Shown: in pieces, positions 49,565-59,571 of the stretch
How the letters are laid out: each line of letters starts with the position of its first letter
Position numbering within the stretch: position 1 is the first letter of the stretch
NCBI GenBank assembly: GCA_964574985.1
Contig: CAZNPH010000017.1
Span: 11,923 to 75,922 of the forward strand
Direction of reading: 5' to 3'
DNA length: 64,000 bases
From: an uncultured Bacteroidaceae bacterium
GTDB lineage: Bacteria; Bacteroidota; Bacteroidia; Bacteroidales; SM23-62
The notes under the pieces: model-generated
Seen by the model: only the letters and a program-made list of their open reading frames with translations
Database searches by the model: none
What the model was told of the DNA's origin: nothing
Position numbers and translations under genes: made by a program

Positions 49565-52500
49565 TCATTTGCTTTGTCCGAAACACAAAATTTTTCCATT
49601 GACGGTAGACATGTACAGTTTATTATCTGCGGCGGCCATTCCGTCCCATACGGGTGGTGATTCGAGTTTGTATCTGGCAAGCACTTTACCGTCACGGGCG
49701 GAGACCACCCAAAGCAATCCGCCTTTCCCGCCCCTGAGGATCTCATTCTGTTCCTCAAGTTTTGCCAGCATCCCGGGATCGCCGGGTCTGCGCAGCGCTT
49801 CTTCCTCGTCGACCACATCGGCGGGACCGGCAATGTACAGTTTATCCCCTGACAGGACCATGGCCCTGACAAACAGGGGGATTTGCGTGCTCCAGTTGAA
49901 CCCTGCCGAAACATCCGGTTCGATCATGAGCTCTCCCTGGTCATTGTAATGGCGGGTTGAATCCACATCAGGTTGTTTGGGGCTCCCGAACAACTGGTAC
50001 TCAAGAGGGAGCGTCCAGCGGTAATACCTGGGAAGCCGCCCGAACCCGTATACATTGTCCTGGTCGAAAACCATGATCCTTCCGGCAGGCATGAATTGCC
50101 CTGCAAGGTAATACCCGTTCCATCCCCCGGTGAAATACTTGCCGTATACCCAGTAGGAGCGGTGGAACCAGGTGTCATCCAGAAAACCACCCGGACAGAA
50201 AAGATGATCGCCCTGACCTCCCGGATGGGTTTTTTCAAGGAACAACTTGTAGTAATTCTTGAATGTGGTTTGCAGAACAAGCATATCATCGAAGGTATTG
50301 CTCAGATCGAATCCGAGATCCCGGTGGATCAGTTCTTCGAAGGATTCGTTGGTCAAGGGATCCACATCGATGCGCTTTCCTTCCATGTCGAATTTCTGCG
50401 AGCGCATGTACATATAATTGCCGTCGGTGGAGAAAATATCGGGCAGGGCCACCGGCATGGTCAGCCAGGTGACATCCTGCTGCAGGTTGTTCCCTGTTTC
50501 CGGATTGTTTTCATTGATGCGGGTGACCGACAGGGGTTCGCCGGTTCCAACATCCAGTCTGTATACCAGCAACCCGCCGTCCAGGAATGCCGACCGGCCT
50601 GCCGCAAATACGGCAATGCCGTTTTCAACCATGATATTGCCGTGAACGGGCCACAGGGATTCCATCTGTCCGCGGGCCATGGTTTTTGTGTTACCGGGGG
50701 CTGCCTGGAATTTCCAGATCAGTTCTCCGTCGGTTTCCCTCAGGCAATATACCCATCCGTCGGCCGAACCGAACAATACCCGCCCCCTGTATACAGTCGG
50801 CGGGGAATCGATGCGCCCGCCGGCAATGAACCGCCACAATTGTTTTCCTGTGGATGCATTGAAAACCGACATTGTGTGGGCATTGATCCCGGCTACATAA
50901 AGCCGGCTCCCTGATATTACCACACTGCTGGGGGTGGTGCCCAGCCCTGTTTCCCATTCAGGTGCCAGGGCCGGGGACAGTTCGGTGGTTGCACGGCCGC
51001 TTCTGGCAGGATCGTGGCGGTAGGTGGGCCAGTCCCCTGTTTCATCAGGATCCGTTTCCGGTTTTAGGGGATGGCCATAGGCCGGGCCCCGGACCGGCTT
51101 TCTGTTTTCCGGCCGGAATGACTCAGGAAACCGGCTGGTGCTGTTCAATGCATTGAATCCGTTCAGTTTGCCTTCGGGAAAACATGCACAGTCATGAGAA
51201 GGTGCATAGGTGAGTCCGTTTGCCGGCATGGTACCGTAAAGGCAGCCGCCCCGCACCCAGTGGTTGATGTCCCAGTGTTCTTTCAGGGGATCGATGTATT
51301 CGATGCCTGTACGCCCGGCAATGATGAAATTTTCCGTTGCCTTGTTCCGGTAGCAGCGGTGGTGGAACCAGTGAACATCGATGTCCGGCAGGAATTCCCT
51401 TACAGTCTTTCCGGTGTGGATATCCCTTCCGGTAAATTTTCCGCTGGCGATACCGCTGTTGATGTTGCCGGCCCAGGCCAGGCCGTTGATCACAAACAGA
51501 TCTTCAGGGGAGCGGTAACCGGAAGGCGGATGATAGGCTGTCCAGAGCTTTTCTCCGGTCTGGGCGGAAAATGCCTGCATGTAATCTTCCCCGCCGGCGT
51601 ACCATTCGCCCATTTGTTGTCCGGCCCGTTCACCTCCTGCAAACAAAACCACATCATCGTGGACCAGCAGGACGGGGGCAAAAAAGGACATGATATCCGG
51701 GGCACGTGAGACGGGCCGGCTTTTCCATACCTGCTCCCCGTTGTCCCGGTTGAGGCAGATAATGGATTGCCCGTCATGAAAATACACCCCTGACCGGTCT
51801 GCAGTCAGGGTAATGGGCATTATGCTGCTTTCCGATTCCCACAGGACTTCGTTTTTACCGGGATCCATGGCCACGATCCTCCGTTTTTCCCCTTCCCAGA
51901 ATTTTTCCCGGTACCGGTTCATGACGTATCCGGGTTTTCTGTACACGGAATCGTTCAGATGATCGTTGACCTGGGCGAACATGATATCCCCGGAAAGAAG
52001 GATCTCTTCGGTGCCTGTCGTGTTCTCAAAAGTATGCAGGACCTCCCCGGTGGCGGCATCCAGCATGCTGACCGGGCCGTCGATGGATAAAGTAACAAAG
52101 AGTCTGTCCCCGTCCGCTGCCAGTCTGCGCGGCAACTGTGCCGGACCGCTTTTCAGGGGCCATAAATGATGGACCCATTTCTCAACCGGGACTTTCCAGA
52201 GCAATGCCCCGTTGAATGCATCGCGGCAGATCAGTGACCAGTCAGAGGGCATCATGATGGATGAGGTTAGCCCCTCGTCCATGATGTAGAATACGCGTCC
52301 GCCGCTGCTGACCAGGGCACTCATGCTGGCCATCCGGTCATGGTGCCTGGCCCAGTAGGGATCTGCGGTCCATTGCAATCCGCGGGGGGTATTTACCACA
52401 ACATCTTTCGAAACGGCATTGTTCGTCCCGTCATACAGGTACTGAGGCCATTCATCGGTTCCCTGGAGTTTTTCCCGCTTGTGCATTTCCCATTGCCCGT

Positions 52501-52918
52501 TCCCCCGGACCATGGCGGTTCCTCCCGGGACCAAAACCCGCATCATCTCATCTTCGGGTATATCGCAGGATGTTTCGCAGACCAGCAGGTTGACCATGTG
52601 GTCGATACAGGGAAGCTCCAGTCCGTCCCAGCTTTCCACGCTGACTTTTCCGGTCAGTCCCAGGCGGTCAATGTAATTCCTGGCTTTCCGGACCGCTCCG
52701 GGATCCTTCGCGAGTCCGTGCACCACCATATGATCCGATGCATGCAGGGCCGAAGTGAGTTTGCCGTCCCTGCATCCGGCATGAACGATCAGCCCTCCCT
52801 GAATCCCGGACCGGCTGATGATCTCCTCAGCTTCCTGCTCACGCTTGCCGCAACCGGAAGAAAGGAGGACCATGCAGATGGATGCCGTAAATATTCCTGA
52901 ATAAAATTTTTTGTGCAT
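49565..52918 (-). CDS. PQQ/BamB-type beta-propeller lipoprotein with degenerate methyltransferase domain (paralog 4)
   Basis: Lipobox LSSGC. GLIVHAGCRDG, HHRCY, RGGC, HDCAC, WPTYRHD, GGRIDSPPT and LDDTWFHRSYW. Confidence 0.88.
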   Translation of the reverse strand: MHKKFYSGIFTASICMVLLSSGCGKREQEAEEIISRSGIQGGLIVHAGCRDGKLTSALHASDHMVVHGLAKDPGAVRKARNYIDRLGLTGKVSVESWDGLELPCIDHMVNLLVCETSCDIPEDEMMRVLVPGGTAMVRGNGQWEMHKREKLQGTDEWPQYLYDGTNNAVSKDVVVNTPRGLQWTADPYWARHHDRMASMSALVSSGGRVFYIMDEGLTSSIMMPSDWSLICRDAFNGALLWKVPVEKWVHHLWPLKSGPAQLPRRLAADGDRLFVTLSIDGPVSMLDAATGEVLHTFENTTGTEEILLSGDIMFAQVNDHLNDSVYRKPGYVMNRYREKFWEGEKRRIVAMDPGKNEVLWESESSIMPITLTADRSGVYFHDGQSIICLNRDNGEQVWKSRPVSRAPDIMSFFAPVLLVHDDVVLFAGGERAGQQMGEWYAGGEDYMQAFSAQTGEKLWTAYHPPSGYRSPEDLFVINGLAWAGNINSGIASGKFTGRDIHTGKTVREFLPDIDVHWFHHRCYRNKATENFIIAGRTGIEYIDPLKEHWDINHWVRGGCLYGTMPANGLTYAPSHDCACFPEGKLNGFNALNSTSRFPESFRPENRKPVRGPAYGHPLKPETDPDETGDWPTYRHDPARSGRATTELSPALAPEWETGLGTTPSSVVISGSRLYVAGINAHTMSVFNASTGKQLWRFIAGGRIDSPPTVYRGRVLFGSADGWVYCLRETDGELIWKFQAAPGNTKTMARGQMESLWPVHGNIMVENGIAVFAAGRSAFLDGGLLVYRLDVGTGEPLSVTRINENNPETGNNLQQDVTWLTMPVALPDIFSTDGNYMYMRSQKFDMEGKRIDVDPLTNESFEELIHRDLGFDLSNTFDDMLVLQTTFKNYYKLFLEKTHPGGQGDHLFCPGGFLDDTWFHRSYWVYGKYFTGGWNGYYLAGQFMPAGRIMVFDQDNVYGFGRLPRYYRWTLPLEYQLFGSPKQPDVDSTRHYNDQGELMIEPDVSAGFNWSTQIPLFVRAMVLSGDKLYIAGPADVVDEEEALRRPGDPGMLAKLEEQNEILRGGKGGLLWVVSARDGKVLARYKLESPPVWDGMAAADNKLYMSTVNGKILCFGQSK

Positions 52919-52947
52919 CTTGAAATGGTTTTATCGATCAGATGATA

Positions 52948-52955
52948 CAAAGATA
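52948..52955 (-). promoter_or_regulatory. Bacteroidota -7 promoter element internal to the paralog array
   Basis: Minus-strand TATCTTTG about 30 nt upstream of the paralog-4 ATG. Confidence 0.55.
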
Positions 52956-52997
52956 AAAAAAAGGCTGTAAACTCCGGGAATCCGGAAAAATCCCCGG

Positions 52998-55900
52998 TCA
53001 CTGTTCCTTTCCGGCGAAGCACATGACCCGCCCGTCTTTGGTGGCCAGGAAAAGCTTTTTGTTGGCGGCGGCCATTCCGTCCCAGACGGGTTGTGCACCC
53101 AGTTCGTATTTTGCCAGGATCTTTCCGTCCGATGCGGAAACCGCCAGCAGAAGGCCCCCTTGTTTCCCCTCCAGGGCCTGTTTCTGTTGTTCCAGTTTTT
53201 CCTTCATTTCCGGATCATGGATCCTGCGGAGCGCTTCGTTTTCATTAACCAGGTCGGGAGGCCCGGCGACAAAGATGTTCTCACCGGCCTTCACCATGGC
53301 CCGGGCCAGCAGGGGTATGCTGTCACTCCAGTGGAATTCCATGGACCGTGCAGGCTGCCGGCCCCATGTCTCTCCTGGCGGAGTGACGGTGTCGATCACC
53401 TCCGTTCTGTCTGCCGAATATAAATGATATTCCAGGGGAGATATCCAGCGGTAATATTCAGGTCTTCTGGCAAAGGAGTAGACATTCTCATCGTCAAATA
53501 CCATGATCCTCCCGCAGGGTGTGAATTTGCCTGCCTGGTGGTATCCTCCGTGCCCTCCTGCGAAGCTTTTCCCGTATACCCAGTAGGAACGGTGGAACCA
53601 GGAATCGTCCAGGAATCCGTATGGAGCGAACAGGTGCCGTCCTTCTCCTTTCTGCCGTGAACCCTGGATGGAAGGGTTGCCTGAGTGGGGGCCCGGTTCG
53701 AGCCGGTTCCCTTCCTTGTCGAAACGCTGGGAGCGCATATACATGTATTGCCCGTCGCTGGAAAGTATATCGGGAAGTGCCACCGGCATGTTCAGTATCA
53801 TTATGTTGTCCTGAAGGGTCTTCCCGGTTCCCGGAATGTTTTCATCCAGAACGGTTTCCGAAATGGTCTCGCCGGTTTCGGGATCCAGGCGGATAAGCCG
53901 CATGCCCCCGTTGAGGAACATGGAGCGTCCCGCCACAAAGCAGGCAACGCCGTCTTCCACCAGGATATTCCCGTGTACCGGCCAGACGGATTCCAGTTGT
54001 CCGTATGCGCTCAGTTTCATATTCAGCGGGGTGGCCATGTATTTCCAGATCAATTTGCCGTCGGCGGCCCGCAGACAATACACCCATCCGTCCGCCGATC
54101 CGAACAATATACTGCCCTTGTATGCGGTGGGCGGGGAATCGATCCTTCCTCCCGTGGTGAATTTCCACAGGGTTCTTCCGCTTTGTTCATCCAGGGCAAG
54201 CAATTCGTGGGCATCCACCCTGGAAAGGAAGACCATTCCGTTTGCCACGGTTAAGCTGCTGAGCTTCCCGGATAATCCGGCTTCCCATTCCTTTTCGAGT
54301 CCGGCCCCGACTTCGGTGCCCGCGTTGCCGCTCCTGGCCGGGTCATGCCGGTAGGTGGGCCAGTCTTCACCGGTGGCCTTCATATTTTCCTCCACCGGTT
54401 CATCCCATGCCTCTCCCCTGACCAGGCGATCGGTATTCCGGGCTGACCAGGGATCAGGGGTGTTTTGCTGTCCGGGTGCCAGGGCACAGAAACCGTACAG
54501 CTTGGATTCGGGGTAACATGCGCAATCGTGGGGTGGCGCATAGATGAGTCCGTTTGCCGGCATGATCCCGTAGAGGCATCCTCCGCGGACCCAGTGATTG
54601 ATGGTCCATTTCTCATTTTCCAGGTCGATGCATTCGATGCCGGTCCGTGAGGTAAGCAGGAAATTCTCCGTGGCCTTGGCCGGATAGCAGCGGTGATGGA
54701 ACCAGTATGTCTCCACTTCCGGCGGGATCTCTTTTACCACTTCCCCGGTGTGCAGGTCGCGTCCGGTGAAGGTCCCTTCATAACTCCCGTTCACAATGGG
54801 GGCGGTCCATACCAGTCCGCCTGCCACCAGGACATCCTCCGGGGACTGGTAACCCGACGGCGGGTGTTCGGCCGTCCACAGGATCTCGCCGGTTTCCGCG
54901 GAAAGGGCGTACATGGTGTCCCATCCGTGCTGATGGTATTTCATGTTCTCTCCCCCGCTGTACAGGACCACGCCGTCTTTGATCAGAAGGGTGACCGCGT
55001 AAAAAGAAGCGTATTCATTCCACCTGGGCATGGATTCCGCGGTCCAGACCTCCTCACCGGTGGCCTTGTCCAGGCAGACCAGGTCTTCCCCGTTGTGGAA
55101 CAAAAGCTGCTTTTCCCCGGCTGCCATGGATACGGGCAGGACCGGTGTGTCTTTCTGCCATATGGCGGAACCGTCGTTCAGATCGACGGCAACCAGGCGG
55201 GACCGGATGTTTTTCCAGGGTTTATCCTTCATTCTTCCGGGATGATCCACAACAGTGATCCTTTCAATGGACTCCCAGTATGCTGTATCCGTGTTTACCA
55301 TGGCATATAGGATGTTGTCCGAAACGATGATCTCCCTGGTTTTTTCCGTGCCCTCAAATTCACGGATGACATCGCCCGTGGACGCATCCAGTTCGCTGAC
55401 CGGGGCATGCAGCCCCAGGGTGACATATACCTTGTCATCCACGGCCACCAGTCTGCGTGTGATCTGGGCCGGTCCGCTTTTGTAGGGCCAGAAGTGGCTT
55501 TGCCAGTGTTCGATGGGTTTTCTCCACAGCAATGTCCCGTTGAAGGCGTCGCGGGCAAACAGGGCCCATTCGGAAGGCAGTATGATGGAAGAGGTCGGGC
55601 CTTCGTCAAAGATATAGAAGACCTTTCCTTTGGAAGAGACCATGGCGCTCATGCTGGCCATCCGGTCATGGTGGCGGGACCATCTGGACCCCCCGGTCCA
55701 CTGGAGGCGCCTGGGAATGCCCACCTTCAGGTCACGGGATACGGCATTGTTGTCGGGCCCGTGCATGTAGTGTGTCCAGTCATCCATTTCATCCGGCCTG
55801 GGTTTGACCTTCTTTTCCCATCCGTTTTCCTTTCTGGTCATCAGTACGCCGCCCGGACTCAATACCCGCATGGCTTCTTCAGCGGAGACCGCGGATGCTT

Positions 55901-56249
55901 CTTCGAGAACGGCCAGGTTGACCAGGTTATCGGTGTAGGGCAGGGTTTTGCCCTCCAGCATTTCAACCGAAACCTGTCCGTACAGACCTTTTCCCCGGAT
56001 ATGTTTTCTCGCCCGCTCCAGGTCTTCACTCTCCGTTGCCAGTCCGTGCACCAGAAAACTTCCGTCCCGGTGCAGGGATGCGGTCAGTTTCCCCCCGGCA
56101 CATCCGATATGGGAGACCAGCCCTCCCCTGATACCTGACCGGCTGATGATGTCCCCTGCTTCTTTGTCCGCACGATTGCAGCCTGAAGCCAGCAATATGA
56201 GAAGTCCGCCGGCAAATAGGATTTTTGGCAGTGATGTTTTTGGTTTCAT
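52998..56249 (-). CDS. PQQ/BamB-type beta-propeller lipoprotein with degenerate methyltransferase domain (paralog 3)
   Basis: Start MKPKTS at 56249, lipobox LASGC. HIGCAGG, WTHYMHGPDNNAV, HHRCY, RGGC, HDCAC and LDDSWFHRSYW. Confidence 0.88.
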   Translation of the reverse strand: MKPKTSLPKILFAGGLLILLASGCNRADKEAGDIISRSGIRGGLVSHIGCAGGKLTASLHRDGSFLVHGLATESEDLERARKHIRGKGLYGQVSVEMLEGKTLPYTDNLVNLAVLEEASAVSAEEAMRVLSPGGVLMTRKENGWEKKVKPRPDEMDDWTHYMHGPDNNAVSRDLKVGIPRRLQWTGGSRWSRHHDRMASMSAMVSSKGKVFYIFDEGPTSSIILPSEWALFARDAFNGTLLWRKPIEHWQSHFWPYKSGPAQITRRLVAVDDKVYVTLGLHAPVSELDASTGDVIREFEGTEKTREIIVSDNILYAMVNTDTAYWESIERITVVDHPGRMKDKPWKNIRSRLVAVDLNDGSAIWQKDTPVLPVSMAAGEKQLLFHNGEDLVCLDKATGEEVWTAESMPRWNEYASFYAVTLLIKDGVVLYSGGENMKYHQHGWDTMYALSAETGEILWTAEHPPSGYQSPEDVLVAGGLVWTAPIVNGSYEGTFTGRDLHTGEVVKEIPPEVETYWFHHRCYPAKATENFLLTSRTGIECIDLENEKWTINHWVRGGCLYGIMPANGLIYAPPHDCACYPESKLYGFCALAPGQQNTPDPWSARNTDRLVRGEAWDEPVEENMKATGEDWPTYRHDPARSGNAGTEVGAGLEKEWEAGLSGKLSSLTVANGMVFLSRVDAHELLALDEQSGRTLWKFTTGGRIDSPPTAYKGSILFGSADGWVYCLRAADGKLIWKYMATPLNMKLSAYGQLESVWPVHGNILVEDGVACFVAGRSMFLNGGMRLIRLDPETGETISETVLDENIPGTGKTLQDNIMILNMPVALPDILSSDGQYMYMRSQRFDKEGNRLEPGPHSGNPSIQGSRQKGEGRHLFAPYGFLDDSWFHRSYWVYGKSFAGGHGGYHQAGKFTPCGRIMVFDDENVYSFARRPEYYRWISPLEYHLYSADRTEVIDTVTPPGETWGRQPARSMEFHWSDSIPLLARAMVKAGENIFVAGPPDLVNENEALRRIHDPEMKEKLEQQKQALEGKQGGLLLAVSASDGKILAKYELGAQPVWDGMAAANKKLFLATKDGRVMCFAGKEQ

Positions 56250-56274
56250 GGTCTCATGTTTTTGATTGTTGGTT

Positions 56275-59200
56275 TTATCTGTTATCCATGACAGGGATTT
56301 TACCGAAACACAGAAGTTTCCCGGAACGTGTGGCGATGAAAAGATTCTCATTTGCAGCAGCCATGCCGTCAAAAACGGGAGATGCATCCAGTTTGTACCC
56401 GGCAATTTTCTCTCCGCTGGCAGGGGATACGATCCACAGGTATCCCTGATCCCTTTCCTCCAGGTGGAGCAGGGGATCTTCCGGGTCGATGATATCCGGC
56501 GGACCTGCAATGAACAAGGCATTGCGGGCAAGGAGCATGGCCCGTGCCCGTACGGGGACCCATTCCTGCCATACGGTGGGTTCGGCCCTGGTGAGTCCGG
56601 GCCCCTTGTCGAAATTGACCGCCGGGTCACAATATTCGTTCCCTTCCCATCTCCTCCAGTAGAAATCTGCGATCCCCTTTTTCACACCGGGCAGCCATTT
56701 CACGGCTTCCGGGGAGTCCGTTGTATCCACCAGGATGGGTTCGGCATGGTTGTGATCGGCATACAACAGGTATCCTTTTCCCGGCCTGGAAAACGGGCTA
56801 TGGACGTTCCTTTCCACAAAACATTTGAGTCCGTACGTCAGCGAATCATTGAATGCCAGTATCTGACCCGCTTTGGGGGCCTGGTTCCCTATGTAATATC
56901 CCGGCCAGCGCCTGGAATACATCCAGAAGCTCCGGTCCCACCAGGAATCATCGAGGAGTCCGGATGCCGAAGTGGAAAACAGGTGGAGCCCGGTTTCGCT
57001 GTCCCCGAACTGGGTGATCTTCCTGCTTTCCTTTCTTTCCAGTTCAGGGGTGAACTCATCCCTGCGCATAAATATGGTATTTTCATCTGCAACCAGCACA
57101 TCCGGAAGATGCCCCTCCATGTCGAACGGCCTTCCGCATTCTTCAGGGATTTCGGGATAGGGACCTTCCAGGTGTTTTTCGTACCGAATTTCTCCGTTCA
57201 CCGGATCGAGTCCGTATAAATAGATCCCCCCGTCCAGGTACGAAGAACGGCCGGCGGCAAAGTAGGCGGTCCCGTCCTTGACCAGTACGCTTCCGTGCAC
57301 GGGCCAGGCCGATTCAAGCCTGTTGAAGGCCACCATTCTCCGGTCATGGGGAGCGGCCCTGAAACGCCAGGCCGGTTTCCCGTCGCTGGCCCGCAGGCAG
57401 TAAACCCATCCGTCTGCCGAGCCGAACAGAACAGTTCCCTGATAAACAGTCGGGGGGGAATCGATGCGTCCGCCGGCGGTATATGTCCAGCGGATATTTC
57501 CCGTACCCGCATCCAGGCAACAAAGCCTGTACATGTCTTTTTGTGCAACATAGATATTCCCTCCTGCAATAACCGGTTGGGTGAGTTTTCCGCCCAGACC
57601 TGCCTCCCAGTTTTTTTGCAGCCTGACCGGAAGATTCCCTGAAAAAGTGCCGCTGCGGGCAGGGTCATGCCGGAATGTCGGCCAGTCGTTGTTTTCTTGT
57701 TCATCATTTGTCACTGGCGAATCATAGGCCGGTCCCTTTTCCAGCAGGGGACCCTCTCCTCCGTTCCACCGGTCCGGATCGATCCGCCCCGACAAGGCAT
57801 TGAATCCGCTCAGCTTGGCACCGATATAACAGAAACACGGGTGCGGGGGAGAATACAGGAGTCCGTTCGCCGGCATAAGTCCGAGCCAGCAGGAGCCGCG
57901 GACCCAGTCGTTCCGCATGTGACGGTTCCCGCTCAGGTCCAGGAACTCGACCCCGCGCTTGTTGAGCAGCAGGTATTTGTCGGTGGCCTTCCCCGGGTAA
58001 CAGCGGTAATGGTGGCCCGGACTGATCAGGTTTTTGATCTCGATGTGTTTTCTGACCTCCCCGGTCATCTGATCGTATCCGCTGGCCCTGATCAGTGTAA
58101 AAGCAGGTTCGGGGCCGGTGAAAAGGTCCTCGGCCAGACGCCTCCCTTCATGGTCCTCCCTGGGATGGCCATACCATACCAGGTTGTTGGCAAAGAAAAG
58201 ATCCGATCCCTGTGCTTCCGGTCCCTGCCAGAGCGGTTCACCGGTTTCCGCCGACAGGGAAGTCAGCACATTGGGTGCCCTCCAGGAATCATGGGTATGA
58301 TGGAGCAGGAGGACCGTCTTCCCGGTGGACACCAGGCTGTTGATCCACGGCCGGGAATACTGCCAGATTTGGTCTCCCGTTGCGATATCCATACAGAAGG
58401 CACCTTCTGCATTGCTGTAATAAACCTTTCCGTCCCGGGAAGCCAGGGTCATTGAATTGAGCCGGTCCACTTCTTTTTGCCAGTCCGTTTCACCCGTTTC
58501 CGCATCGACAGCCATGATGATTTCATTCTCACTGCTTTCCGGCTCGCCGGCCAGGTTTTTCTGTTTCCGGATGATCAGCTTGTTGCGGTCGGTGATGATC
58601 TCGTGTGCACCCCGGGTGTTATCCACGACCCGCAGGATCTCGCCGGTGGCGGCATCGATAACCGAAACCGGGGCCCTGTAGCCGAGGGTAACATACAGTC
58701 TGTTCCCGTCAACCACCATCCCGCGGTACAGTTCCCGCGGGTAGGCAAAGCGCAATCCCATTTCATTCCAGTCCTTTCCGGACATTCTTTCCCGGTCCCA
58801 TTCACGCCAGCCGTATTCAGGCATTTCTTTTTTCCAGAGGGTCACACCGTTGAAGGCATCCCTGGCCACAAGGGACCATTTGGACGGAAGGCGCGGATCC
58901 TTGATACCCGTGGGGCCTTCATCCACGATGTAGAATATGCGTCCGGCGGCAGTCACCATGGCATGGACACTGCTGATGAATTCGTGGCTCCTGCAGTAAA
59001 GGGGCTTCCCTGCCCACTGCAAATGGCGGGGGGTCTCGACCTGTTCATCATGGGCCACGGCGTTGTTGTCTGCCCCGTGCATGTAATGGGTCCATTCGTC
59101 GATGTCATCCGGCCGGTCCTTGGTCCTGATCTGCCATTCACCGTTTTCCATGATACAGGCTTTTCCGCCCGGAACCAGGACACGCATGATCTCGTCACCG

Positions 59201-59571
59201 GTTGTGCCGTAAAGCTCCTTCGCGATGATGAGGTTGACCATGTTATCGGTATAGGGCAATTCCCCGCCTTCCCATATTTCAGCCGATACGGGTCCGTACA
59301 CCCCCTGTTCATCAATCTCATCACGCACCCGGCCCAGGGTCATTTCCCCCTGTACGAGTCCGTGCACCAAAAATCCGTCCCCCGCGTGGAGTCCGGCCAG
59401 AAATTTCCCGTCCTCCGCTCCGGGTTGAACGATCAAACCTCCTTTGGTACCGGTTTCCTTCAGAATATTATGAGCATCCTGTGCCTGTTTGTTGCATCCC
59501 GTTGATGACAACAGAACGGCAAGTGCTGCAATGGTCAGAAATCCTGATGATGGTTTTATCTGATGCATCAT
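56275..59571 (-). CDS. PQQ/BamB-type beta-propeller lipoprotein with degenerate methyltransferase domain (paralog 2)
   Basis: Lipobox SSTGC. WTHYMHGADNNAV, HHYRCY, RGSC, HPCFC and LDDSWWDRSFW. TAATG overlap with paralog 1. Confidence 0.88.
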   Translation of the reverse strand: MMHQIKPSSGFLTIAALAVLLSSTGCNKQAQDAHNILKETGTKGGLIVQPGAEDGKFLAGLHAGDGFLVHGLVQGEMTLGRVRDEIDEQGVYGPVSAEIWEGGELPYTDNMVNLIIAKELYGTTGDEIMRVLVPGGKACIMENGEWQIRTKDRPDDIDEWTHYMHGADNNAVAHDEQVETPRHLQWAGKPLYCRSHEFISSVHAMVTAAGRIFYIVDEGPTGIKDPRLPSKWSLVARDAFNGVTLWKKEMPEYGWREWDRERMSGKDWNEMGLRFAYPRELYRGMVVDGNRLYVTLGYRAPVSVIDAATGEILRVVDNTRGAHEIITDRNKLIIRKQKNLAGEPESSENEIIMAVDAETGETDWQKEVDRLNSMTLASRDGKVYYSNAEGAFCMDIATGDQIWQYSRPWINSLVSTGKTVLLLHHTHDSWRAPNVLTSLSAETGEPLWQGPEAQGSDLFFANNLVWYGHPREDHEGRRLAEDLFTGPEPAFTLIRASGYDQMTGEVRKHIEIKNLISPGHHYRCYPGKATDKYLLLNKRGVEFLDLSGNRHMRNDWVRGSCWLGLMPANGLLYSPPHPCFCYIGAKLSGFNALSGRIDPDRWNGGEGPLLEKGPAYDSPVTNDEQENNDWPTFRHDPARSGTFSGNLPVRLQKNWEAGLGGKLTQPVIAGGNIYVAQKDMYRLCCLDAGTGNIRWTYTAGGRIDSPPTVYQGTVLFGSADGWVYCLRASDGKPAWRFRAAPHDRRMVAFNRLESAWPVHGSVLVKDGTAYFAAGRSSYLDGGIYLYGLDPVNGEIRYEKHLEGPYPEIPEECGRPFDMEGHLPDVLVADENTIFMRRDEFTPELERKESRKITQFGDSETGLHLFSTSASGLLDDSWWDRSFWMYSRRWPGYYIGNQAPKAGQILAFNDSLTYGLKCFVERNVHSPFSRPGKGYLLYADHNHAEPILVDTTDSPEAVKWLPGVKKGIADFYWRRWEGNEYCDPAVNFDKGPGLTRAEPTVWQEWVPVRARAMLLARNALFIAGPPDIIDPEDPLLHLEERDQGYLWIVSPASGEKIAGYKLDASPVFDGMAAANENLFIATRSGKLLCFGKIPVMDNR

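Noticed and set aside
56250-56630. 127-aa N-terminal extension of the 1210-aa ORF
   Set aside because: It overlaps paralog 2 in another frame. The signal peptide and lipobox begin at ATG 56249.
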